Below are positions 27,161-36,777 of a stretch of DNA of 64,000 nucleotides, piece by piece; the stretch's first letter is position 1; every line of letters starts with the position of its first letter. Below the pieces are notes generated by a model. The model had not been told where the DNA came from. It made no database searches and saw nothing but the letters and a program-made list of their open reading frames with translations. A program made the translations under genes and the position numbers. Source of the DNA: an uncultured Mycoplasmatota bacterium (GTDB lineage: Bacteria; Bacillota_I; Bacilli_A; RF39; UBA660); contig UREA01000001.1 in the NCBI GenBank assembly GCA_900546715.1, positions 9,141-73,140 of the forward strand, in the 5' to 3' direction.

Positions 27161-27808
27161 TTATAAACCTAAAGAATCAATCCATTCTTCGACATCACTC
27201 ATAGCACGATTAACATTATCACCTAAAACGGTAAAACCATCCGTTACTGTTGCATCTGGTTCTAATTCTCTAATTGTTTCAACAGTTCTAGATAATCCAC
27301 TACCACCAGAGGTATTAAATGGTGCTATAGTTTTTCCAGATAAATCATAAGTATCAAAGAATGTATAAATAATCATTGGCATATCGCCCCACCAATTAGG
27401 GTATCCAATAAAAATAGTATCATAATCCTCTATATCAATATTTAAATCATTAAATTCTGGTCTAGCATCACTTTGTTGTTCTTCCTGAGCTACATCTAAA
27501 AGATCATTGTAATCTTCTGGATAAGCAACAGTTGGTTCAAGTGCTATGATATCTCCACCAACATAATTGTGAATAAAGTTAGCTAATATTTCTGTATTAC
27601 CACTATTAGAAAAATATACTACTAATGTAGATAATTCATCTGTTTCATTATCATTATTATTATTTTCATTATTAACATTATTATTGTTATTATTAACTGG
27701 AGATTTTTCATTTTTTTCTTCACTATCTCTAGTAAATAAGTAAATTCCGCCACCAATTAATACAAGTACTACTAAAACTATTATTAAAACTAATACTTTT
27801 TTATTCAT
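27161..27808 (-). CDS. Flavodoxin-family protein with N-terminal TM anchor and Asn-rich linker
   Basis: 215 aa. TM VLVLIIVLVVLVLIGGGIYLF, poly-Asn linker, then a flavodoxin_4-like core (LVVYFSNSGNTEILANFI ... GYPNWWGDMP). Confidence 0.7.
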   Translation of the reverse strand: MNKKVLVLIIVLVVLVLIGGGIYLFTRDSEEKNEKSPVNNNNNNVNNENNNNDNETDELSTLVVYFSNSGNTEILANFIHNYVGGDIIALEPTVAYPEDYNDLLDVAQEEQQSDARPEFNDLNIDIEDYDTIFIGYPNWWGDMPMIIYTFFDTYDLSGKTIAPFNTSGGSGLSRTVETIRELEPDATVTDGFTVLGDNVNRAMSDVEEWIDSLGL

Positions 27809-27826
27809 TTAACCATTCCTTTCAAA

Positions 27827-28291
27827 TTAAGTTAACCAATTTTGAATTTCTTCATTATCTAAATAACTTGATAATAATTTTCCACTAATAATATCTAAAT
27901 TAGGATATTCTCTTTTTAAGTAAGTAACACTAGTATTGATATTAGAGCCACCAGAAGTTGCAAATAAATATATTTTTTTATTTTCTAAATTATTTTCTTC
28001 AATAAATGTATTAATTATCCTTGGAGGTACTCCCCACCAGATAGGATAACCAATTAATACTGTATTATAATTAGATAAATCAATTTTTTCTTTAACTTCT
28101 GGTCTAGATGCTGGATTATCATTTTCTTTTGATGAACGACTTGTTTTGTCCATCCAATTTAAATCAGCATCACTATAACTTTCTGCTGGTTCTATTTCAA
28201 ATAAATCAGCATTAATCATATGAGCTAGATTGCGAGCAACATTTTTAGTTGTTCCACTAGCCGAAAAATAACACACTATCGTTTTATTCAT
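27827..28291 (-). CDS. Flavodoxin
   Basis: MNKTIVCYFSASGTTKNVARNLA ... GYPIWWGVPP. ATG 28291 has AGGTGG 5 nt upstream. Confidence 0.8.
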   Translation of the reverse strand: MNKTIVCYFSASGTTKNVARNLAHMINADLFEIEPAESYSDADLNWMDKTSRSSKENDNPASRPEVKEKIDLSNYNTVLIGYPIWWGVPPRIINTFIEENNLENKKIYLFATSGGSNINTSVTYLKREYPNLDIISGKLLSSYLDNEEIQNWLT

Positions 28292-28721
28292 TTGAGCCAC
28301 CTAAAGTGTTATAATATTTATCATTTACTTTTTCTAACCACTCATTAGAAGTATTTTCTCCAGGAACTTCAATGGAAATATGACTAAACCAAGAGTCTTT
28401 CTTAGCCCCATGCCAATGTTTTACATTTGCAGGTATTACTATTACTTTACCTGGTTCTAAACTAATGGCTTCTTTTCCTTCTTCTTGATACCATCCAAAA
28501 CCTGCAGTACAAATAAGTATTTGACCACCACCAATATCTGCATGATGAATATGCCAATTATTACGGCATCCTGCCTCAAATGTCACATTAGCTAAAAACA
28601 AAGGACTTGTTTTATCTACTAATGGATTTAGATAACTTTTCCCAATAAAATACGCAGCAAAAGCATCATTAGGTTCTCCTTTCCCAAATACATTAACACG
28701 CTCAAATTCTTTTTCGTTCAT
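28284..28721 (-). CDS. Cupin-domain protein
   Basis: 145 aa. Cupin motifs NNWHIHHADIGGGQILICTAG ... VIPANVKHWHGA. Confidence 0.8.
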   Translation of the reverse strand: MNEKEFERVNVFGKGEPNDAFAAYFIGKSYLNPLVDKTSPLFLANVTFEAGCRNNWHIHHADIGGGQILICTAGFGWYQEEGKEAISLEPGKVIVIPANVKHWHGAKKDSWFSHISIEVPGENTSNEWLEKVNDKYYNTLGGSNE

Positions 28722-28760
28722 TTTTTCTCCTCCTAAAAAAATCTATTTAAGTTTATAATT

Positions 28761-29240
28761 TTATTTTTCCCACCTTACATTTACATTACCTATTCCTACA
28801 GCAGTTTTTAAATTGCTTGTATTTTCTATATGGCCAATTTTAGTATATGAATAACTTGTATTAAATGATTCATAAAATAAAACTAGACAATCATCACCAT
28901 AAAGCATTATATCACCAGCATTTATATATCCTATTCTTTCACTATTTGTTGGCAAATTTTCATCCAAATAATAATACTTTTCATTACCATTAAGTTCACT
29001 CATTTCTACATCCATTGGTAACATATCCACTAAAGCTTTAGCAGTTGCATTATTTTCTAATACAACTTCAAATTCACTTCCATTAATATTTAATTTCATA
29101 ACATTATCCTCCGTTTCATTATTTATATTTGTGTTGATAACTGCATTATTTAGGGCATCATTTTCAAATTTTTTATAAATAAACCAAAATAAAACTGTCC
29201 CTAATAATAATATAATAACAATTATAATTACTTTTTTCAT
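28761..29240 (-). CDS. Cyclophilin-like-fold protein, membrane-anchored
   Basis: 159 aa. ..LENNATAKALVDMLPMDVEMSELNGNEKYYYLDENLP...GDIMLYGDDCLVLFYESF fits the cyclophilin-like family that commonly accompanies flavodoxin and cupin genes. Confidence 0.6.
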   Translation of the reverse strand: MKKVIIIVIILLLGTVLFWFIYKKFENDALNNAVINTNINNETEDNVMKLNINGSEFEVVLENNATAKALVDMLPMDVEMSELNGNEKYYYLDENLPTNSERIGYINAGDIMLYGDDCLVLFYESFNTSYSYTKIGHIENTSNLKTAVGIGNVNVRWEK

Positions 29241-29258
29241 ATTCCATCCTATATTAAT

Positions 29259-29289
29259 ATCATATCATTTAAAGCTAACTTCAAGTCAA
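29259..29289 (-). promoter_or_regulatory. MerR-type promoter (19-bp spacer with internal dyad) of the cyclophilin-like/cupin/flavodoxin operon
   Basis: Minus strand TTGACT-TGAAGTTAGCTTTAAATGA-TATGAT with a 19-nt spacer. Dyad ACTTGAAG/CTTTAAAT. Shares TTGACTTGRAGT..GCTTTAARTG with 38423-38453. Confidence 0.5.
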
Positions 29290-29412
29290 GAAAAAAGAAG
29301 AAATTTTATTCTTCTTGATGTTAAGTAATCTTTAAAACTGATATTTAAATCACATATTGATAGACTTTTTAATAGTTGTTGTGTATAATTAAATTAGAAA
29401 GAAGACTAAATT

Positions 29413-29895
29413 TTGAAAAAGGTTATTGCATCATTATTAATTATAACTAGTTTGTTTTTACTTACTGGCTGTGAATCTGATAAAGAATATACTATTGATG
29501 ATTTAACTATTACTTTACCTAGTTCTTTTACAAAGCAAGATATGACTGGTTTTTTAGCTTATTTAGAAAATGATGAAGCTGGAATCACAGTAGCAGAAGA
29601 AACATTTACTGACTTAGAAGCAATAGGATTAAATAGTGAATCTACTTTAGAAGATTATGCAGCTGCAGTAATGGCCAGTAATGATACTGAATATGAATTA
29701 AATAATGCCGAAGATTACATTTATTTTTACTATGATTCAACAGTAGATGGCACTGACTATCATTATATGGCTGCCTTATTTAAAGGTAATGATGAATTTT
29801 ATTTAATAAACTTCTTCTGTTTTGCAGAAGATAGCGAAAAATATGATTTAATATTTAAAAATTGGGCTGATACAATAATAATAAATAATATTTAA
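29413..29895 (+). CDS. Lipoprotein, function unknown
   Basis: 160 aa. TTG start. Lipobox LFLLTGC at the end of the signal peptide. Confidence 0.7.
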   Translation: MKKVIASLLIITSLFLLTGCESDKEYTIDDLTITLPSSFTKQDMTGFLAYLENDEAGITVAEETFTDLEAIGLNSESTLEDYAAAVMASNDTEYELNNAEDYIYFYYDSTVDGTDYHYMAALFKGNDEFYLINFFCFAEDSEKYDLIFKNWADTIIINNI

Positions 29896-29922
29896 TAAAA
29901 ACTATTTTTTATAAGAAATTTA

Positions 29923-29958
29923 AAAGATATGAAATTAATAAAAGTTTCATATCTTTTT
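29923..29958. terminator. Bidirectional Rho-independent terminator
   Basis: AAAGATATGAAA-loop-TTTCATATCTTT followed by T-run, between convergent genes. Confidence 0.65.
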
Positions 29959-29992
29959 ATTTAAAAGAAAACACCTCATTTATAATTAAATG

Positions 29993-31426
29993 TTATAGTT
30001 TAAATTTATACAAATTAACATCATATTTTTCCAACAAGTTATATTCTTGAAGCAACTTAATAATTTCAGAAGCTCTCGATTTTCTTATATTTAATAATAA
30101 TTCAATATCCCGTCTACTAAAATTATTGTTATAAGTATATTTTTCAAAAATTTTCAAAATATTTTGATAAGTATTTTTATTAATAGTAGATGGCAATTTT
30201 TTATACATTTGCAACATAAAATAATCGTAATCATCAACTATATTTTTTTGATTTCTATTTTCATTTATTTCCGAATCAAATTCATATCCCTTGTTTGGGA
30301 GTATTACTTTAAATGAAGATGAATCCGATAAAAAATTTGGCTTAATATTAAAATCATCATAGCAATTAATTATTCTTATAAAGCCACTTCCTCTTTTATC
30401 CATAAAATGCAATCTACTAAATATATCAGAAATTACACGATTTCTTCTCATAGAAGCAACTTTTGTAATATCCATATTTTGAATAATATTTCCATCTACC
30501 ATTCCTCCTGGAGATGTAATTTCAAGTCTATTATCATACATATCTACATGTATTTCAGCCCCTATTATTTGATAATCACGATGAATAATGGCGTTAACTA
30601 ATGCTTCTCTTATAGCTTTGGTTGGATAATCTTCATATTCAACACGTTTCATTCCTTTAATATTCCAACTTTTTTTAGAATTGTTTTTAATAAAAGTTTC
30701 AGCGTTTTCTAATAAAGATATAATACTTCCAACATACTCTTTATCATCAATGGCATCTTCATTTTTTAGTCCTTTTATATTTCCGTTCCAACGGGTACAA
30801 ACTATTTTAGAATTTGGCGATAATCCTTGATCAGATAATAAAACACCACCATTAGTTACTTTACCGTTTTTATCTATTAATTCAAATGATATTAAATCTT
30901 TCTCTTCTAATTCCTTATCAGTTTCTTTTTTTAATGTAGCACTTAACAATGTAAAGCTGATATCTGAAATTGTATATTTGCTAGGAAGTTCATCATAGGT
31001 TATATTTTGCCCTTTTAATATTAAATTGTCTAAAACATGTTTTGGAGCAACTATAGATTGATTCCCAGATCTAATATAAACTTCTTTTTTTCCATTAATA
31101 TTTAAATAATATGGTGTTTTAGGCCCATCGCCAACATTAACCACTATAAAATCTTTATTATTCTCTTGAAAAGAATTAATTTCATATCTCGGTAACGGAT
31201 CAATATGTGCATTTATAAATTCTGTTATTTTTTCTGAATCATAAACTACATTTTCTAAGCCAACTGCCATCATATCAACATCTCTAACCCCAAAAATTAT
31301 TGTGCCTCCTGATGTATTGGCAAAAGCAGATATTGATTTCAACCAATTTTTAGCCTTTTTTTCCTCTAGTTTTTCTTTAAATTCAATGTGTGTAGCTTCT
31401 ATTTTTTGAAAATCTTTTAATTTCAT
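29993..31426 (-). CDS. AlbA_2 (Schlafen-like) / HATPase_c_4 / HTH putative transcriptional regulator (COG2865 type, often mis-annotated RecG-like)
   Basis: 477 aa. N-terminal AlbA_2 pattern (ATHIEFKEKL...WLKSISAFANTSGGTIIFGV). Central REALVNAIIHRDYQIIGAEIHVDMYDNRLEITSPGG. C-terminal HTH-like region. Confidence 0.75.
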   Translation of the reverse strand: MKLKDFQKIEATHIEFKEKLEEKKAKNWLKSISAFANTSGGTIIFGVRDVDMMAVGLENVVYDSEKITEFINAHIDPLPRYEINSFQENNKDFIVVNVGDGPKTPYYLNINGKKEVYIRSGNQSIVAPKHVLDNLILKGQNITYDELPSKYTISDISFTLLSATLKKETDKELEEKDLISFELIDKNGKVTNGGVLLSDQGLSPNSKIVCTRWNGNIKGLKNEDAIDDKEYVGSIISLLENAETFIKNNSKKSWNIKGMKRVEYEDYPTKAIREALVNAIIHRDYQIIGAEIHVDMYDNRLEITSPGGMVDGNIIQNMDITKVASMRRNRVISDIFSRLHFMDKRGSGFIRIINCYDDFNIKPNFLSDSSSFKVILPNKGYEFDSEINENRNQKNIVDDYDYFMLQMYKKLPSTINKNTYQNILKIFEKYTYNNNFSRRDIELLLNIRKSRASEIIKLLQEYNLLEKYDVNLYKFKL

Positions 31427-31490
31427 CCAAAATCCTTTCTTTATTTGTAATCTATAACAATATTATAATATAATTTTTTTAAACTTACTA

Positions 31491-31548
31491 CAAAAACCGG
31501 ACGATTTCGTTCAAAAACCGGACGATTTCGTTCGAAAACCGGAAGGTT
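31491..31548. repeat. 2.7 tandem copies of a 21-bp unit, each containing a small dyad
   Basis: CAAAAACCGGACGATTTCGTT at 31491-31511 and 31512-31532 (identical), partial CGAAAACCGGAAGGTT at 31533-31548. Dyad ACGA-TT-TCGT. Lies upstream of the AlbA_2 gene promoter. Confidence 0.8.
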
Positions 31549-31552
31549 AAAT

Positions 31553-32440
31553 TTAATGGTGATGATGTGTAGTATTTTTAATATTTTTTACTTCACAATC
31601 TAATTCATCGCATTTAGAGTCTTTAGATTCTATTTCAATAGTACTATGAACTATGCCATGTTCTTCTAATTCTTTTTTTAACTCTTTTTTAACTTTTTCA
31701 AAGTCTTTAGTATTAATTACAGCATGAATAGTAGCATAGTTATTAACACCATCCATACTCCAAATATGAATATGATGAATATCACTAACATTTTTAACTT
31801 TTAATAGTTCTTTTTTTAAGGCATCAATATCCACATTTTTAGGAGTTTTTACTAAAAATAAGTCTAATACTGATTTTAAATTTTCTAGAGCATGAATTAA
31901 AATATAAATTGCAATGATTATACTTATTATGGAATCTATATAAGTTATATCAGTAAATTTCATAAGAATGGAACCAATAAATACTATAACCCAACCAAGA
32001 ACATCTTCAAGCATATGCAAGTTTACTGATTTTTGATTTAGAGAATCTCCTTCTCTTGTCTTGTAAGCTGCGATAAAATTTACTACAATACCAATAATTG
32101 AAATAATAATCATGCCATTATAATTAATATCCGCTCTATTAAATAATCTATCTACAGCCCCGATGATTACAATAATAGAACCAACAAGTAAAAATGTTGT
32201 AGTAATTAAAGCCCCTAGTACTGAATAACGAATGTAGCCATAAGTATATTTATAATCGGCTTTCTTTTTACTTTTACGCTCTAAAAAATAGGAAAGACCA
32301 ATACTAAAAGCATCGATAAAATCATGAAAGGCATCAGATATAATGGCAATACTATTAGTTAGTATTCCCCCGATAATTTCAAAAATAGAAAAACCTAAAT
32401 TAAGTAAAAAAGCTACTAAAATGTTTTTATCAGTCTTCAT
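31553..32440 (-). CDS. Cation diffusion facilitator (CDF) family metal efflux transporter
   Basis: 295 aa. 6 TM, cytoplasmic C-terminal domain (IHHIHIWSMDG) and His-rich tail (TTHHHH). Confidence 0.85.
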   Translation of the reverse strand: MKTDKNILVAFLLNLGFSIFEIIGGILTNSIAIISDAFHDFIDAFSIGLSYFLERKSKKKADYKYTYGYIRYSVLGALITTTFLLVGSIIVIIGAVDRLFNRADINYNGMIIISIIGIVVNFIAAYKTREGDSLNQKSVNLHMLEDVLGWVIVFIGSILMKFTDITYIDSIISIIIAIYILIHALENLKSVLDLFLVKTPKNVDIDALKKELLKVKNVSDIHHIHIWSMDGVNNYATIHAVINTKDFEKVKKELKKELEEHGIVHSTIEIESKDSKCDELDCEVKNIKNTTHHHH

Positions 32441-33032
32441 ATATATCCTCCATCATATATTCTATCAAATTAATTGTTTCATCAATCATGTAATTATAAT
32501 TAAAATCTTCATGTTGATGATAAATTATTTCATGAGACATATTATCAATTAAATGAATCATTAAATGCACTCTTTCTTTTAAGTTTGGTCTTTCAGGAAA
32601 TTTAGCTATAAACTTTTCGGTAACTGCTATTTCATTAGAACTAAATATAGCAAAAACATCTTTATCTAAACAACTCATCGACATAAGTTCTTGATGAGCA
32701 TTTCTAGTTAATGTATGAACATTGATAGTTTCTTCAATTATTTGTTTTAATACTTTTTTAAAGTTATTTCTAGTAATTGTTACATTATCTAATATATCTA
32801 ACATTGGAAACATAATTTCTTTCATATGTTTATTAGCACCCGCAACAAAGATATCTAATTTATCTTTAAAATATTGATAAATTATACCTGTTGAAACCCC
32901 GGCAGCAGCTGCAATATCTATGCAAGTTACATTATGATATCCTTTTTCACACATAAGACGAAAACCGACATCTATTATTTTTTCTTTTTTTTTTAAAGAA
33001 GATTCTTTTACTGGAATTCTAACATTACCCAT
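32430..33032 (-). CDS. TetR/AcrR-family transcriptional regulator
   Basis: 200 aa. HTH GYHNVTCIDIAAAAGVSTGIIYQYFKDK. Overlaps the CDF gene start. Confidence 0.85.
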   Translation of the reverse strand: MGNVRIPVKESSLKKKEKIIDVGFRLMCEKGYHNVTCIDIAAAAGVSTGIIYQYFKDKLDIFVAGANKHMKEIMFPMLDILDNVTITRNNFKKVLKQIIEETINVHTLTRNAHQELMSMSCLDKDVFAIFSSNEIAVTEKFIAKFPERPNLKERVHLMIHLIDNMSHEIIYHQHEDFNYNYMIDETINLIEYMMEDIYED

Positions 33033-33040
33033 TGTTACAC

Positions 33041-33958
33041 CTATTTTAGGAAGCCTGTAATTATAGCTTCTTCAGCAGTCTTTTCACTCATTCCTAAAGA
33101 CATAAGTTTTAATAATTGTTCTCCCGCAATTTTACCAATTGCTGCTTCATGAATTAGGTTAGCATCAACACTTTTTGCATAAATCTCGGGTATCGCTAAA
33201 ACATTACCATTATCTTTAAGAATGGCATCACATTCAACATGAGCATAACACTTGGTATTACCTGCAACTTTAGAAATAAACTCTTGATAAGAAGAATCTG
33301 TAGCAACTGATCTTGATACTACATGAGTACTAGAATCCTCCCCATTTAATTCAATATTAAATTCTGTTTTAGCAATGTTTGAATTATTAGTAAGTATTTT
33401 TTCATTAATAACTAATGTAGCATTTTGATCAAGTTCAGCGTAAGTTTTTCTAAAAGTATCATCTACTCCTTTAATTTGGGTAGTATTCATCGTCATAGAT
33501 GAATCTTTTTTCATATATATTTCCGTTGTGGGATTAAGAATTCTTTTACCATTTCCACTACCTTCGCCGTAATGTTTTTCCGTATACTTAACAGTGGAAT
33601 TTTCGCTTAAGAAAAAGCGATGTATTCCATCATGCTTGCTATCTTCATGTAAATCATTATGAATACCACAACCAGCAAGTATTATCACATTAGCATTTTT
33701 GCCAATATAAAAATCATTATAAACGACATCATTTAAACCACTTTTAGTAAGAAGTACGGGAATATGAACTATTCCAAATTTAGTATCATCTTTAATATAG
33801 ACATTAATACCGTTTTTATCAGTTTTAGATTCTATTTCAATATATGGTGATACTTTTCTTCTAGTAGACTTTCCATCTACTCTTATGTTATAAGCATCAG
33901 CCTCTTCATATTTAGATTGATCAAGAACACTCAATAATTTATCTTCTACTTTATTCAT
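33041..33958 (-). CDS. SufB/SufD-family Fe-S cluster assembly protein
   Basis: 305 aa beta-helix-type sequence ending ..IHEAAIGKIAGEQLLKLMSLGMSEKTAEEAIITGFL, typical of SufBD. Overlaps sufC. Confidence 0.75.
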   Translation of the reverse strand: MNKVEDKLLSVLDQSKYEEADAYNIRVDGKSTRRKVSPYIEIESKTDKNGINVYIKDDTKFGIVHIPVLLTKSGLNDVVYNDFYIGKNANVIILAGCGIHNDLHEDSKHDGIHRFFLSENSTVKYTEKHYGEGSGNGKRILNPTTEIYMKKDSSMTMNTTQIKGVDDTFRKTYAELDQNATLVINEKILTNNSNIAKTEFNIELNGEDSSTHVVSRSVATDSSYQEFISKVAGNTKCYAHVECDAILKDNGNVLAIPEIYAKSVDANLIHEAAIGKIAGEQLLKLMSLGMSEKTAEEAIITGFLK

Positions 33959-34658
33959 TATTTACCACCCCACAACATTCACTTGTTACAATTAATGGCA
34001 TCATTTCATCCTTACTACCAATCTTACTAATCTTGCCATTTTCTAAGAGTATTATTTCATCAGCAATATCCAGAATTCTTTCTTGATGAGTTATTACTAA
34101 AGTTACGCCATTATTAGTTTTTTCTAATTCCTTAAATATATTGTTTAGGGCTTTAAAGCTCCATAAATCAATACCCGCTTCGGGTTCATCGAATATGGCT
34201 ACTTTAGGATTTCTCGCTAAAATGCTAGCTATTTCTATCCGTTTTAATTCGCCGCCAGATAAGGAATTATCAATTTCCCTATCTACATAATCTTTAGCAC
34301 ATAATCCTACTTTAGCTAAATATTTACAAGCATCCATTCTATTGATATCCTTATTCATAGCAAATTTAAGCAAATCAAAAACTGTAATACCTTTAAATTT
34401 TACTGGTTGTTGAAAAGCAAAAGCTATCCCCATATTAGCTCTTTCGGTTATATTTTTATTAGTAATATCTTCGCCATTATAAAGAATACTACCACTAGTT
34501 GGTTCTATTAACCCCATAATTATTTTGGCAAGTGTTGATTTACCACTACCATTAGGTCCAGTAAGAGCATAAAATTTAGTATCATCTAATTTTAAATTTA
34601 TATTATCTAAAATTTTTTTATTATCTTTTATAAAACTTATATTTTTTAATTCTATCAT
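33951..34658 (-). CDS. sufC: Fe-S cluster assembly ATPase SufC
   Basis: From ATG 34658: MIELKNISF... Walker A GPNGSGKST, signature LSGGELKR, Walker B IFDEPEAGID. Confidence 0.85.
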   Translation of the reverse strand: MIELKNISFIKDNKKILDNINLKLDDTKFYALTGPNGSGKSTLAKIIMGLIEPTSGSILYNGEDITNKNITERANMGIAFAFQQPVKFKGITVFDLLKFAMNKDINRMDACKYLAKVGLCAKDYVDREIDNSLSGGELKRIEIASILARNPKVAIFDEPEAGIDLWSFKALNNIFKELEKTNNGVTLVITHQERILDIADEIILLENGKISKIGSKDEMMPLIVTSECCGVVNNE

Positions 34659-34756
34659 GTTATTCCTTTCTATGTGAAACATATTTCATATTAATTATAT
34701 AATCTATTATATATATAGTCAAGAAATTTATAACAAAAAAGAGCTATTGCTTTAAC

Positions 34757-35212
34757 TTATAACTTATATTCAATTTTCTCTAAATCTAGTAAATATTTTT
34801 TTCTATCTAGACCATATGCAAAACCCGTAAGACTTTTATCTTTACCAAGTACTCTATGACAAGGAATAATAATAGCTATCTTATTTTTGCCAACAGCATT
34901 ACCAACAGCTCTAGCAGATGTATTTAGTTTTTTAGCAATATCGCCATAACTTGTATATTTTCCATATTCTATATTTTCTAAAAATTGCCATACTTTTATT
35001 TGATATGATGTTCCTCTAAATTTAACGGGTATTTTAAAGTTAGGATTTTTTCCTGCAAAATAAATATCTAACCATTTTTTAGTTTCATCAAAAATTTTTA
35101 AATCAGTTATAATACTAGGAATATGTTCATCAAAATATAATCCCATTAAATATACTCCATCGCTTTCTAAAACAATATTTCCAATACTTGATAAATAAAT
35201 ATTATAATACAT
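34757..35212 (-). CDS. ogt: Methylated-DNA--protein-cysteine methyltransferase
   Basis: 151 aa. Active site IPCHRVL (PCHR motif). Confidence 0.9.
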   Translation of the reverse strand: MYYNIYLSSIGNIVLESDGVYLMGLYFDEHIPSIITDLKIFDETKKWLDIYFAGKNPNFKIPVKFRGTSYQIKVWQFLENIEYGKYTSYGDIAKKLNTSARAVGNAVGKNKIAIIIPCHRVLGKDKSLTGFAYGLDRKKYLLDLEKIEYKL

Positions 35213-35214
35213 AA

Positions 35215-36777
35215 TTACCTCAATCTAAATGTCTTCGGTGCTAATTTATAAACTAAAATTAGTGATACCAAAGAATAGATAATGGCAAAAGCAATCATAA
35301 TTATACCAAAAGTTAATGATGAAACTTCTATATCAGATATATAGTAACATACCCAATAAGTAATAAGACTAGCAATAGTAAACGAAGCACTTTTCATCTC
35401 CATTCCTATATTATAAGGTTGAAGTAAATAATAAAGAACTAAATTATGTACTGAGAAAAATATTGACATCGATAATATTGAGAAGAATATTACGGCGTAT
35501 GTAATTAGTGATGCACCACCACTTACAAAAAGAATAATAGAAATCATTAAACTAAGAGTTAACGCCGGTATTAAGTTTAGTATTATTAAAGTCTTTAATC
35601 TTTCTCTAAATAAAGAAAGTAAAGTTTGGGGTTGTCTAAAAAAGCGATAACTAAGCATTGAATGATCACAATTCATAAACATAGCATTAGTAACGGCTTT
35701 GCCGGTATTAATAAAATACATTAAAAGTAAAACAAAAGGTAAGTAATTTAAAATAATTTTATTAGCACCACTTTTAAATTCTGGGAAAATATAAAGTAAA
35801 ACAATTAAAATAAGACCAATAATAAATATACCTGTTGTTGTTTTTTTAGCACTTTTAAGTAATATTTTACTATGTCTTTTAACAAACAAATCATGAAAAT
35901 ATTGAAAACCGGATTTTTCACTAGTAATACTTGTATCTACACTAATTTGTTTTAAGTTAGTACTTATTTGAGCATCTCTTTGTACAGCAAAATTATCCAA
36001 AAATACATTATCTTTATTTAATAACTTTTTATATAATTTAGCATAATTTGGATAAGTAATAACTTTTTTAATAGATATTATTCCAAGTATAAAGATAATA
36101 CTTGCAAAAATCCAAAATACATATTCCGGCATAATTAAATCAAAATAAGGCAACCCATAAGCAAGGCCTAAAAAGAGGATTATCAATAAACAATATAAAA
36201 GCCATGATTCTGGTTTATTTTCATTAATTACTTTACCACTTTTCTTCATGCGATAAAAATAAAAGTTAACTGCAATAAATTTAAACATTACTGTTAAAGT
36301 AACCAATAAACCTGCATAATACCAAGGAATAGATGTAAGTAAAAGTAATGCTACTAATTCCCCAATAAATATGCCTCCGATGAAAAATAGAAAAGCTCCA
36401 ATTGTATGTGAGTAAGCATCCATCCTCATTAAAACAAGCATATAATATTTATCTTTAGTAGGATTAAATATTTCGGTATTAATAAAACTACCAAGGATTG
36501 CTAAAAAAATAAATATTTGCATTAATTCTAAATAATTTGCTTCCGTATTAAATGGAAATATTAAAAAGAAATAAATATACAATAATTTATAACCAAATAT
36601 TTTAATAATATTATAAATTATACTAATTATAATACTTATTATTTTGAATATTTTATATTTATAAAATTCACTTGGAATAAGTTTTCCTATTAAAGGAATT
36701 CTTGATATATTATAAATAAGTTCATTAACAATATAAGCATTTTTCACCCTAAATGATATTAAAAAATTATTCAGCAT
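35215..36777 (-). CDS. Large polytopic ABC-transporter-associated permease-like membrane protein
   Basis: About 520 aa, more than 10 TM. Start ATG 36777 (AAAGGTGA 5 nt upstream) overlaps the stop of the ATPase gene. Confidence 0.6.
   Translation of the reverse strand: MLNNFLISFRVKNAYIVNELIYNISRIPLIGKLIPSEFYKYKIFKIISIIISIIYNIIKIFGYKLLYIYFFLIFPFNTEANYLELMQIFIFLAILGSFINTEIFNPTKDKYYMLVLMRMDAYSHTIGAFLFFIGGIFIGELVALLLLTSIPWYYAGLLVTLTVMFKFIAVNFYFYRMKKSGKVINENKPESWLLYCLLIILFLGLAYGLPYFDLIMPEYVFWIFASIIFILGIISIKKVITYPNYAKLYKKLLNKDNVFLDNFAVQRDAQISTNLKQISVDTSITSEKSGFQYFHDLFVKRHSKILLKSAKKTTTGIFIIGLILIVLLYIFPEFKSGANKIILNYLPFVLLLMYFINTGKAVTNAMFMNCDHSMLSYRFFRQPQTLLSLFRERLKTLIILNLIPALTLSLMISIILFVSGGASLITYAVIFFSILSMSIFFSVHNLVLYYLLQPYNIGMEMKSASFTIASLITYWVCYYISDIEVSSLTFGIIMIAFAIIYSLVSLILVYKLAPKTFRLR

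Noticed and set aside
29295-29316. Hairpin AAGAAGAA-loop-TTCTTCTT between divergent genes, as a terminator or attenuator.
   Set aside because: The stem is almost entirely A/U, with only two G-C pairs. No upstream gene would read into it on either strand.
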